Source: Candidatus Zixiibacteriota bacterium
GTDB taxonomy: Bacteria > Zixibacteria > MSB-5A5 > GN15 > JAAZOE01
DNA: 64,000 nucleotides
Assembly (NCBI GenBank): GCA_043819555.1
Contig: JBDREQ010000076.1
Coordinates: forward strand, 67,439 to 131,438
Reading direction: 5' to 3'
The notes beneath the pieces are model-generated. The model was given only the letters and a program-made list of their open reading frames with translations, made no database searches and was not told where the DNA came from. Both the position numbers and the translations under genes were made by a program. This document shows, one piece after another, positions 29,878 to 38,303 of the stretch (its first letter is position 1; every line of letters starts with the position of its first letter).

Positions 29878-30831
29878 ATGAATGTCATGCGAGATAAACC
29901 GATTCTTGTCATCGGCGGGACAGGGCATTACGGGAGTTATATCGTCAATAGGCTTTTGAACAAAAGCGCAAAAGTCAGAGTACTGTCCCGAAATGCCGCC
30001 AAGGCCCGAAAAATTCTGGGCGACGCACCCGAAATAATCGAAGGCGATATCACATCGAAAGAATCGGTAAGGCAATCATTGGACGCCGCCGGCGGCGTCA
30101 TTATAAGCATATCTGCCTTTTCACCAAAATTGATTCGTAAGATGGAACAGATCGAGCGGGAAGCCGTTCTGATGGTTCTGGCTGAAGCAGAAAAACTCGG
30201 CGTTTCCCGAATCGTATATATTTCCATATATGACATAAAATTAGAATTGCCGGGAGATTTTGATTTCATGCTCAGAAAGCGAATAGCCCGGTTAAAACTC
30301 GATGTCGAAAACGCTCTGGGCGAGTCAAAACTAAACTTTACGATTCTGGGCGCACCGGCTTCGATGGAAATATTTTTCGCGATGATGCGGGGCAATTCGA
30401 TGTTTGTTCCCGGCGGCAGCCCCCCTGCGCTATTTAATATCTCGCCGTTGGATTTGGGTGAAATAGCTGCCCAGGCTGTTTTCCGAAATGACCTAAAAGG
30501 CAAAAGGTTTCGAATGACCGGCCCTAAGGCGTTGTCGTTCAAAGAGGCCGCCGGACTTATAGGCAGAGCTGTCGGCAAGAATATCGCGTTCCGTAAAATC
30601 CCCATGTTTTTTCCAAGACTGGTTCAAAAAATAATTTATCCAGTCGCACCTTTCAGCGACCGATTTTATTTCATAAATCAAATGATCAATTTTATCCGGA
30701 TATTGAGTAATTTTCCTCAAGACTTGATTGACGATATTCCCAAAGATTACCAAAAGCTATTAGATACTTTTGAATATGCTCCGACTACTTTGGAGCAGGA
30801 AACCAGAAGACGATTTGGCGATTCCACATGA
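29878..30831 (+). CDS. NmrA/SDR-like NAD(P)H-binding protein
   Basis: LVIGGTGHYG Rossmann motif; TGPKALS. Confidence 0.88.
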   Translation: MNVMRDKPILVIGGTGHYGSYIVNRLLNKSAKVRVLSRNAAKARKILGDAPEIIEGDITSKESVRQSLDAAGGVIISISAFSPKLIRKMEQIEREAVLMVLAEAEKLGVSRIVYISIYDIKLELPGDFDFMLRKRIARLKLDVENALGESKLNFTILGAPASMEIFFAMMRGNSMFVPGGSPPALFNISPLDLGEIAAQAVFRNDLKGKRFRMTGPKALSFKEAAGLIGRAVGKNIAFRKIPMFFPRLVQKIIYPVAPFSDRFYFINQMINFIRILSNFPQDLIDDIPKDYQKLLDTFEYAPTTLEQETRRRFGDST

Positions 30832-30985
30832 ACTTTGGAACCGGTTACTTTTTGCCAAATAAATGCTTTGACACATTGGAATAAATGAATATCTTTTAGT
30901 GAGTATCAAATCGCCTCTATTATAATTATTCCGGCCTATTTTGGGCGATAATAAAATATCTGGTTTTCTGCGGAAGGGGCTTATT

Positions 30986-32185
30986 ATGTTTAGATTAAAA
31001 TCACTCTCGATTATTTTTGTAATTCTGTTTTACTTTACTCTATGCGGCGCATTGCGGGCACAGGAATTTATTTGCGGCGATGCTACTAATAATGGGATAA
31101 TCACCGTTCAGGATTTCGTAGCAGTTGTTGATTTTCTATTGAGCAGAACGGGACCTCCTCCTAATCCTGACGCGGCTGATGTTGACCAGATTCCCGGAAT
31201 TACGATAAATGATAATCAGGCTATTATTGACCTTTGGATGTACGGTATTGACCTGAACTGCGAAACTGTTCCCGATACGACAATTGAAGTGTCGGACGAT
31301 AGCATATTCGTATCCGGCGGGCTCGTGATGCCCGGAGTTCGTGATATAGAAGTGGGATTGAAAATCAAAACCAATGAACATATTTATGGAATGGCATTAC
31401 CTTTGAGCTTTTCATGCGTTACTTCTGAGGTTGTTTGCGACTCGGTCACCTTCCCGCAAGGGTCATATGAAAACGATTTTACGATTCAGAATAGCGTAAT
31501 TGATAACTCCTCGAATAAAGTCCTGACGCTTTTGGGTACTATCGTTTCGGATGGTTTGACCGGCCCGGGTGAATTTGATATTGCGTCGCTATGGTTTCAT
31601 GTCGAAACAGTCAACGAGGCCGAGGAACAGGAGATTGTTTTTGATACAACTCAGATATCGCCCAACAATTATGTTCTCCTTTCCAAAAATCAGCCCAATC
31701 ATGAAGCGGCCATCCCCGGTATAAAATATTTTCCCGATGATGTGCTGAATCAGGATAGTGATGATGACGGTATTTATGACGCTTATGATAATTGTCCTTT
31801 TGTGCCCAATCCCGATCAGGCAAATGATGATGGTGATATATACGGCGATCTATGCGATAACTGCCCTAACCTGGCCGGGGAAGATCTGACCGACAGCGAC
31901 GGTGACGGACTGGGAGATATCTGCGACGCCTGCCCCAACGATTTCGAAAATGATATTGACGGTGACTTAGTCTGCGGGGATGTCGATAATTGTCCATTGG
32001 TTGCAAATGCCGACCAGGCCGATTTGAACGGCAATAATATCGGTGATGTTTGCGAATCGACCGGTGAATTTAAATGTGGCGATGTTAATGGCGATGGATG
32101 GGTCAATGTTGGCGATCCTGTTTATCTGATAAATTTTATATTCAAGTACGGTCCGCCTCCGTGCCAGCCGATTGAAAAGAAGTAA
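30986..32185 (+). CDS. Secreted dockerin / cohesin-like / thrombospondin type 3 repeat protein
   Basis: Signal peptide; N-terminal CGDATNNG..DFVAVV dockerin; beta-sandwich with GMALPLSF..DSVTF..PGEFDIASLWF; DNCP..N.DQ.D.DGD repeats; C-terminal CGDVNGDG single dockerin repeat. Confidence 0.75.
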   Translation: MFRLKSLSIIFVILFYFTLCGALRAQEFICGDATNNGIITVQDFVAVVDFLLSRTGPPPNPDAADVDQIPGITINDNQAIIDLWMYGIDLNCETVPDTTIEVSDDSIFVSGGLVMPGVRDIEVGLKIKTNEHIYGMALPLSFSCVTSEVVCDSVTFPQGSYENDFTIQNSVIDNSSNKVLTLLGTIVSDGLTGPGEFDIASLWFHVETVNEAEEQEIVFDTTQISPNNYVLLSKNQPNHEAAIPGIKYFPDDVLNQDSDDDGIYDAYDNCPFVPNPDQANDDGDIYGDLCDNCPNLAGEDLTDSDGDGLGDICDACPNDFENDIDGDLVCGDVDNCPLVANADQADLNGNNIGDVCESTGEFKCGDVNGDGWVNVGDPVYLINFIFKYGPPPCQPIEKK

Positions 32186-32321
32186 ATTTTACTTTTACTT
32201 GAAAGACAGGATAATCGGCATCTTGTACTCACGAAGTACTAAGTTTTATACTTGCCCCTTTGGTTTTAGATTCTATACTTTACCTCCCACTTAATTAACA
32301 TTTTCCCTGGGAGGAATTATA

Positions 32322-32795
32322 ATGAGAAGCGTTACAGTTTTAGCAATTATCCTGATGTTGTTATTATCATCGTTGCCGCAATCCCTCTGTCTTGCCGATT
32401 CAGATAAAGGACAAGGTGAAGGCGATAAGGATAGTATTAAACAGCTCAGTGAACAAATCGATAATCATCTTGTCGTACTCTGGACTTCTGGAGACAAAGA
32501 AGTTGCCATGAAGATGGTCTTCATGTATGTCTATAATGCCAAGAAATACGGATGGTGGGAGGATATTACTCTAATCGTCTGGGGACCATCATCTAAGCTC
32601 GCGTCGGAAGACACCGAAATTCAGGAATATATCAGGAAAATGATTGGCGATGGTATTGAATTCAAAGCCTGCAAAGCCTGCGCCGACATGTATGAAGTAT
32701 CGGAGGCATTAACCGCTATTGGAATTGAGGTCAAATATATGGGTACTGACTTGACTGATTTTATTAAAATCGGCTATCACGTGATTACGTTTTGA
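32322..32795 (+). CDS. DsrE family protein with signal peptide
   Basis: LIVWGPS, ACKACAD; GGAGG SD. Confidence 0.8.
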   Translation: MRSVTVLAIILMLLLSSLPQSLCLADSDKGQGEGDKDSIKQLSEQIDNHLVVLWTSGDKEVAMKMVFMYVYNAKKYGWWEDITLIVWGPSSKLASEDTEIQEYIRKMIGDGIEFKACKACADMYEVSEALTAIGIEVKYMGTDLTDFIKIGYHVITF

Positions 32796-33435
32796 TAATT
32801 CGAGACCGGGTATGATCGTTATTATCGATTAAAAGATCTGATATTTTCGCTGGCTCGAATTTTTCCAGATACCATTTTTGTATCGGTATATATTTGGTGT
32901 GATACCGTTCCATAAATGATTGGCCTAATCGGGGAATATCTCTTTTGGATGCCCGCTTGAGCATTTTATCAAAGCTGATATCGAGAAAGATGCGATAATC
33001 AAAATAATCATTCAGCGGTGGGCGAAATAAAAGGACTCCTTCGACTATTACCAACGTATCCTTTTGAATATTAAATCTTTTGACGACATTGTATTCGTCA
33101 GATTCAAGATCGAGTAATGTCAACTTCTTATCGACAGCATTTTTATCCCTGATTGGTTTCAATAATTCATTTATTAACAAATCCGAATTAAAGGCATTGT
33201 TTATATAGGCATCAATCTCGTTTATTCCCTGATGGCGAATACTTTTTTGATTGTGAAAATCGTCCAGGTGAATTAACTGAGTGTGATGGCCGGTTTTTGA
33301 CAAATACTCGGACAATGACACTGCGAATTTAGTTTTACCAGATGCGTCAATGCCATTAACGCCAATAATAACAGCTCTTTTTGACGAGCGCGATACGATC
33401 CCCTTCTCTACTATCCCCAATATTTTGTTAAGCAT
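32785..33435 (-). CDS. Uridine kinase-like P-loop kinase
   Basis: GVNGIDASGKT, LDDFH, IVEGVLL. Confidence 0.75.
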   Translation of the reverse strand: MLNKILGIVEKGIVSRSSKRAVIIGVNGIDASGKTKFAVSLSEYLSKTGHHTQLIHLDDFHNQKSIRHQGINEIDAYINNAFNSDLLINELLKPIRDKNAVDKKLTLLDLESDEYNVVKRFNIQKDTLVIVEGVLLFRPPLNDYFDYRIFLDISFDKMLKRASKRDIPRLGQSFMERYHTKYIPIQKWYLEKFEPAKISDLLIDNNDHTRSRIIKT

Positions 33436-33447
33436 AGTTTTATTAAA

Positions 33448-33963
33448 TCATCCCACTCCCTCTTTGCCCAGCATCCGCATTATGAAATATATCTGGCCGA
33501 TGTGATAAGACAGATGTCCAATTGTACCGGTAATCAAATCTAAGCGCGTTTTAAAATAATTGGCCAATCCCTCCGAGGGATTCCCGGTTAAGGGCGAAAA
33601 AAGCTCTTCATCATTTAAGGTTTGAATTGACTCATTTACTTTCTCAATCAGGCTTTTATACACATCAAATATATCCGTGATTGGGGGATAATCTTCCATT
33701 TTATCTGTCGGGGCGGAGCCGACATCGAACAGTCCACGGTATTTTTTTGGCGCCTGTAATTTTCCGTCTGATATATACTGGATTATATCGCTTCCCACGA
33801 TAACATGACCCAAAAGCCAGATAATATGAGCGCGCTCTCCCCCTGCCCGATATAAAAGCTCTTCTTTAGAAAAATCCTTAACTTTCTCGGGCATCCAGGA
33901 AGATATCATTCGCATTTGTCTAACGAGAATTTCTGCAGTCGATGGATTGGTTTTATCACCCAT
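33448..33963 (-). CDS. DinB family protein
   Basis: HIIWLLGHV ... HLSYHIGQI His triad. Confidence 0.85.
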   Translation of the reverse strand: MGDKTNPSTAEILVRQMRMISSWMPEKVKDFSKEELLYRAGGERAHIIWLLGHVIVGSDIIQYISDGKLQAPKKYRGLFDVGSAPTDKMEDYPPITDIFDVYKSLIEKVNESIQTLNDEELFSPLTGNPSEGLANYFKTRLDLITGTIGHLSYHIGQIYFIMRMLGKEGVG

Positions 33964-33984
33964 AAAAACACCTCCTCTGAAATT

Positions 33985-34809
33985 TCATTTTACGATTTCG
34001 CATTGTTTGATTCTATCTACGCGAAATTGTTTTTTGATATTTGATATAAGACAGTGCGCTGTCAAAAACATGACTCCATCGCGATTGTACATTATGATTG
34101 GCATTATCTCTCGAGGCGTATTCCGCTTTGAACCGCCGTCATACAGAATTTTGAGTTTAGCGCTCTTTTCAAGAGCAGACTCGATAATATCTAAGAGTCC
34201 CTGATTAACTTTGACGATCATTGGTCCGCCAAAAGAATAATGATAAAGAGCATTCAGGATTTTGATTTTTTCCTCGATCGTTTTCCATTTTTTCAGGCAA
34301 TGGAAAAACAACCTTTTGACTAAAATCGCATCGGCCATGGCGCGGTGGGTTTGATTATCGACAAGATTAAACTGGCGGCAAGTACTTTCCAATCCATATG
34401 ACATCAACTGTGGAAACGATTTTTTCGTCAGGTCGATTTGATCGAGGATAACATTTTGAGGCAGTTTTATGTTATTGCGCAAGCCTTCATGGTTTACAAA
34501 ACCGATATCAAATATGGCATTTTGGGCAATAAGAACCGTTTTGTCATCACCGATAAAATCCAGAAATTTCAACAGAATTTCACTAATCATTGGCTTATTG
34601 GCAACTTCTTCATCGCTTATATGATGGACATTCATAGCCTCGACAGGAATTTCTATTCCCGGATTGACCAATTCTGAAAGCCGCGCGATTTCATTTTTCT
34701 GGAAATCAAACTTGAGCGCGGCAATTTCAACTATTTTGCCGTCGGATGCTGACAAGCCGGTCGTTTCGGTGTCAAAGGCGATAAATACCGTTTCTTTATT
34801 GATCATCAA
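33985..34809 (-). CDS. DEDDh 3'-5' exonuclease fused to WYL domain
   Basis: FDTETTG, FDIGF, HRAMADA; C-terminal ILYDGG..TPREIMP...LTAHC....KQFRVDRI. Confidence 0.85.
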   Translation of the reverse strand: MMINKETVFIAFDTETTGLSASDGKIVEIAALKFDFQKNEIARLSELVNPGIEIPVEAMNVHHISDEEVANKPMISEILLKFLDFIGDDKTVLIAQNAIFDIGFVNHEGLRNNIKLPQNVILDQIDLTKKSFPQLMSYGLESTCRQFNLVDNQTHRAMADAILVKRLFFHCLKKWKTIEEKIKILNALYHYSFGGPMIVKVNQGLLDIIESALEKSAKLKILYDGGSKRNTPREIMPIIMYNRDGVMFLTAHCLISNIKKQFRVDRIKQCEIVK

Positions 34810-34970
34810 ATTAAGATAGCCTCAGTCGAATTAATAGTCAATGATGCCTTACTGCAAAAACTTTTTAATTTTGAATATTCTCTCATCATGGGTTGTCAAA
34901 GCGGTTAAAACCTTCTTATATTACTCCATTATATTTTCAAATTGACGCATTTTTTATTTGAGAGGTATTT

Positions 34971-36494
34971 ATGGCTGTTGTGCTGAATGGTTCTGATTTA
35001 AGTATAGAAAAACTGGTTGCCATCGCCCGCAATAGAGAAGCGGTTGAACTTCATCCTCAGGCAATCGAGCGCATTAAGAAATGCCGCGCCATGCTCAATA
35101 ATAAAATTGAGGCCGGGGAAATAATGTACGGGGTCAATACCGGAATCGGTGAATTCTCCGAAGTTGTCCTGTCTGATAATCAGGTCAAAGATTTCCAGCG
35201 TTATCTAATTTACAATCACAGCGCGGGAATCGGCGATCCGGCGCCGATTGATTACGTCCGGGGCGCGATGGCAGGCCGGATAAATGTTCATGCTCATGGC
35301 AATTCGGGATGCCGATTGGAAATAACGCAAACTCTAATCGACATGCTTAATAAAGGCGTTACGCCATTTGTTTGCCAAAAAGGTTCGGTCGGGGCCTGCG
35401 GTGATCTGGCGCCCATGTCACAGATTGCTCTTCTTATGATGGGCGAAGGCAAAGCCTATTTTCAGGGCATACTATACGACGGCAAAGAAGCGATGGATAA
35501 AGCCGGCATTCCTATCCCCGGGTTAAAAGCCCGGGATGGTCTGGCCATCATAAACGGCTCAAATTTACTAACGGCAATGAGCGCTATTTTCCTGTATGAT
35601 GCCAATCGCTGGCTTATTCAATCCGAAATAGCCGCGGCCATGTCTCTGGAAGCTCTAAAAGCAAATATGAAGCCATACGACGAACGGATTCACACAATTC
35701 GCGGATTCAAAGGAGCCGTACGCGCCGCGCGCGCGATAAATAAAGTGATCGCCGGAGGTGATTTGGTCGAGGGAAAAATCCCCTGTAAAGTTCAGGATGC
35801 TTATTCAATGCGCTCAACTCCACAGGTAATCGGCTCGGCGCATGACGCTTTGGAATATGCCCGCTCACAGGTAGAAATCGAGCTTAATGGCGTCGGCGAC
35901 AATCCGATATTTTTCCCTGATGAAGATTTGCAATTATCCGGGGCGAATTTCCAGGGCACGCCCGTGGCGGTACCGATGGATATGGCCGGATATTGCGTTA
36001 CCATGGTCAGCGTATTGTCGGAAAGGCGAATGAATCGATTGAACAATTCGGCCCTGAGTGTCGGTTTGCCGCCATTTTTGACCAAAGGCGCCGGGATGTT
36101 CTCCGGGATGATGCTCAGTCAGTACACGGCTGATACGCTGATCGTCGAGCAGAGAATTCTTTCGGCTCCGGCATCAATACAATCTATTCCCGCCGCGGCC
36201 GATCAGGAAGATTTCGTCTCGATGGGAATGAATACGGCTATTAAGAATTTTCAGATTCTCGATAACGCTTATGGAATTTTGGGCATAGAATTTATGGCCG
36301 CCGCCCAGGCCCTCGATTTTCGCGAATATAATTTTGGCAAAGGAACCTCGCGGGCCAAAGAAGTTATCCGGCGGTATGTCGATTTCATTGACGAAGACCG
36401 CCCCTTGTATCCCGATCATACTGCGATGAAAGAGCTGGTAAAATCGTGCGAAATTCTGGATGAAGTTGAAAAAGAGATCGGCCCTCTGGAGTGA
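34971..36494 (+). CDS. Histidine ammonia-lyase family (MIO-dependent) enzyme
   Basis: YGVNTG, H83, GSVGACGDLAP, QDAYSMR, DNP, GANFQG, QEDFVSMG. Confidence 0.9.
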   Translation: MAVVLNGSDLSIEKLVAIARNREAVELHPQAIERIKKCRAMLNNKIEAGEIMYGVNTGIGEFSEVVLSDNQVKDFQRYLIYNHSAGIGDPAPIDYVRGAMAGRINVHAHGNSGCRLEITQTLIDMLNKGVTPFVCQKGSVGACGDLAPMSQIALLMMGEGKAYFQGILYDGKEAMDKAGIPIPGLKARDGLAIINGSNLLTAMSAIFLYDANRWLIQSEIAAAMSLEALKANMKPYDERIHTIRGFKGAVRAARAINKVIAGGDLVEGKIPCKVQDAYSMRSTPQVIGSAHDALEYARSQVEIELNGVGDNPIFFPDEDLQLSGANFQGTPVAVPMDMAGYCVTMVSVLSERRMNRLNNSALSVGLPPFLTKGAGMFSGMMLSQYTADTLIVEQRILSAPASIQSIPAAADQEDFVSMGMNTAIKNFQILDNAYGILGIEFMAAAQALDFREYNFGKGTSRAKEVIRRYVDFIDEDRPLYPDHTAMKELVKSCEILDEVEKEIGPLE

Positions 36495-36523
36495 TTATTT
36501 ATCTTTGAATTTAAAATAATTAC

Positions 36524-36610
36524 AGCGTGGCAGGCACCCTGCGACGGCTATATCTATACCAGTGACATACCGCTCCAGGAAAGGAGTTGTTCGCATTATC
36601 CTGCCACGCT
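36524..36610 (-). ncRNA. Candidate structured RNA (three-way junction), unidentified
   Basis: 11-bp closing stem AGCGTGGCAGG/CCTGCCACGCT, inner TGCGA/TCGCA, two hairpins. Confidence 0.45.
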
Positions 36611-36707
36611 TCATACCAAAATAACCGAATAGAATTCCATTTTTGGCATCCCTTGCCAATGATAAGTACACAAGATATACGCAATCAGCATTTGCGGCGT
36701 AAAATAT

Positions 36708-37547
36708 TTAATTAAGTTTTCTGGTCATTTCGATGAGTTTATCTGCCGTTCCGGGTGAATACCCGGCAAAGTGATTATTGGCGAACGCCATAACCTCAAG
36801 ATCGCGTTTGAGCATACGGCTTATTAATCTGGCCCACCGTTCAAGTCTCTCGCTTTGGTCATTAACTTCATGATCAAACTTATCGACCAAAGATTCGATT
36901 TTTCTGCGGTCGCCGAGCAAGCGAATATAAACAAAATTGGAAGTAACGGGATCGAATTTTGCTTCAATTTCATCTCCATGAAGCATCCACGGATGGTCGA
37001 TTAAGGTAAGGGCGGCCTTGTGTCTTTTGAGCATTCCCAAAAACGATTCGTTCAGCCAATTTCGATTGCGAATTTCAACCGCATAGCGAAACTCATCGGG
37101 CAGGTCATTCAAAAACAAATCGAGACATTCTGAAAACATCTCTGGGGATAAATGTACTTTACTGGAAAAATATGGGAATTGTAATACCAGCGGACCGAGT
37201 TTACGGCCAAGACGGCTCATTACATCCAGAAACGAATCTCTCTCCGAATAGGTCATCTCCGGATTTAATATTACGCCGGGATTTGGAATCGGCCCCTCCC
37301 CGGCATGCACAATTGAGCGCGGAAATTTAGCCGTTATTGTAAAGTCATCGGGAGTTTTTGCGTTCCACCCATCAACAATTTTTTTTGAAGGAATTCGATA
37401 ATAGGTCGCGTCAATTTCGACGATGTTATATTTCCGGGCATAAATTGACAGAAACTCCGACGGTTTTAACCCCTTAGGATAAAACGGCCCGACCCAGTCA
37501 GATTCGGAAAAAGACGATGTCCCAATATTTAATCGTGGGGTTCGCAC
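36708..37547 (-). CDS. DUF72 (YecE-like) family protein
   Basis: IGTSSF, VEIDATYYRIP, LQFP, VEIRN, YIRLLG, NNHFAG. Confidence 0.92.
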   Translation of the reverse strand: MRTPRLNIGTSSFSESDWVGPFYPKGLKPSEFLSIYARKYNIVEIDATYYRIPSKKIVDGWNAKTPDDFTITAKFPRSIVHAGEGPIPNPGVILNPEMTYSERDSFLDVMSRLGRKLGPLVLQFPYFSSKVHLSPEMFSECLDLFLNDLPDEFRYAVEIRNRNWLNESFLGMLKRHKAALTLIDHPWMLHGDEIEAKFDPVTSNFVYIRLLGDRRKIESLVDKFDHEVNDQSERLERWARLISRMLKRDLEVMAFANNHFAGYSPGTADKLIEMTRKLN

Positions 37548-37644
37548 TCGAATCCGTTTCCTGTATATGATTTTTCAATTTTTAATAAATCACAGGTTGT
37601 ACGCAATTCGATTAATTTAGGCGATTAAAAAGTGACAAAAAAAT

Positions 37645-38043
37645 CTACTGGGCGTATTTGTCGAATTTATCCCAATAGGCCTTCGACAGCCGATAAGGAG
37701 TAAAACCCCGTGCTTTTTGACTGTCGGTATGCTCATCGAGCGGGACTTCTTCCAGAATTTCTTTTCTTACGGCAAAATCAAATATCTGAGTAATATCAGA
37801 TCGAGTACTCAATTTGACGCTGGCCGGAGCATCCTCACCGAGAGCCCATTTCCCTTCAATCTTCCCCAGCGAACCGACATTCACTTTGCACAGAAGATGC
37901 AAGTATTGCTGCACCGAATATTGATCCTGCGGATAATAATCAATTGCCGGTTTGGGCATCTCAATCGGCTGGTCGAGAGCGAGCTCGTACCTGAAATGTT
38001 TGAACGTTTCAAAACTCATATTATTCATTTCGGCAAAATTCAT
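37645..38043 (-). CDS. Hypothetical protein
   Basis: 132-aa ORF with protein-like composition, no motif recognised. Confidence 0.55.
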   Translation of the reverse strand: MNFAEMNNMSFETFKHFRYELALDQPIEMPKPAIDYYPQDQYSVQQYLHLLCKVNVGSLGKIEGKWALGEDAPASVKLSTRSDITQIFDFAVRKEILEEVPLDEHTDSQKARGFTPYRLSKAYWDKFDKYAQ

Positions 38044-38303
38044 AAAAAATGAAAGAAAATTGAATACTTAACGCAACAGGAAAATGGCCCTTAATAGTCG
38101 TACAAGGATCATTTTGTCGATGGCTCATAAATCTTGTTCAAGAATTGGATGACGAGGGTAAGGAGTTCCATCGATACCCATAGTGGATTTGACAATTCAA
38201 TTATTTAGAACTGCCAGCAATTAAGATTTCAACAGTTCATTCTCTACTATCGAATCTGGCACAGCAAATCAGGAAACCATCAAGTTTATCACAGAAAGAC
38301 CCA

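Noticed and set aside
36524..36610. SRP RNA or 6S RNA
   Set aside because: No CAGG-GNRA-AGCAG domain IV motif; too short and branched for 6S
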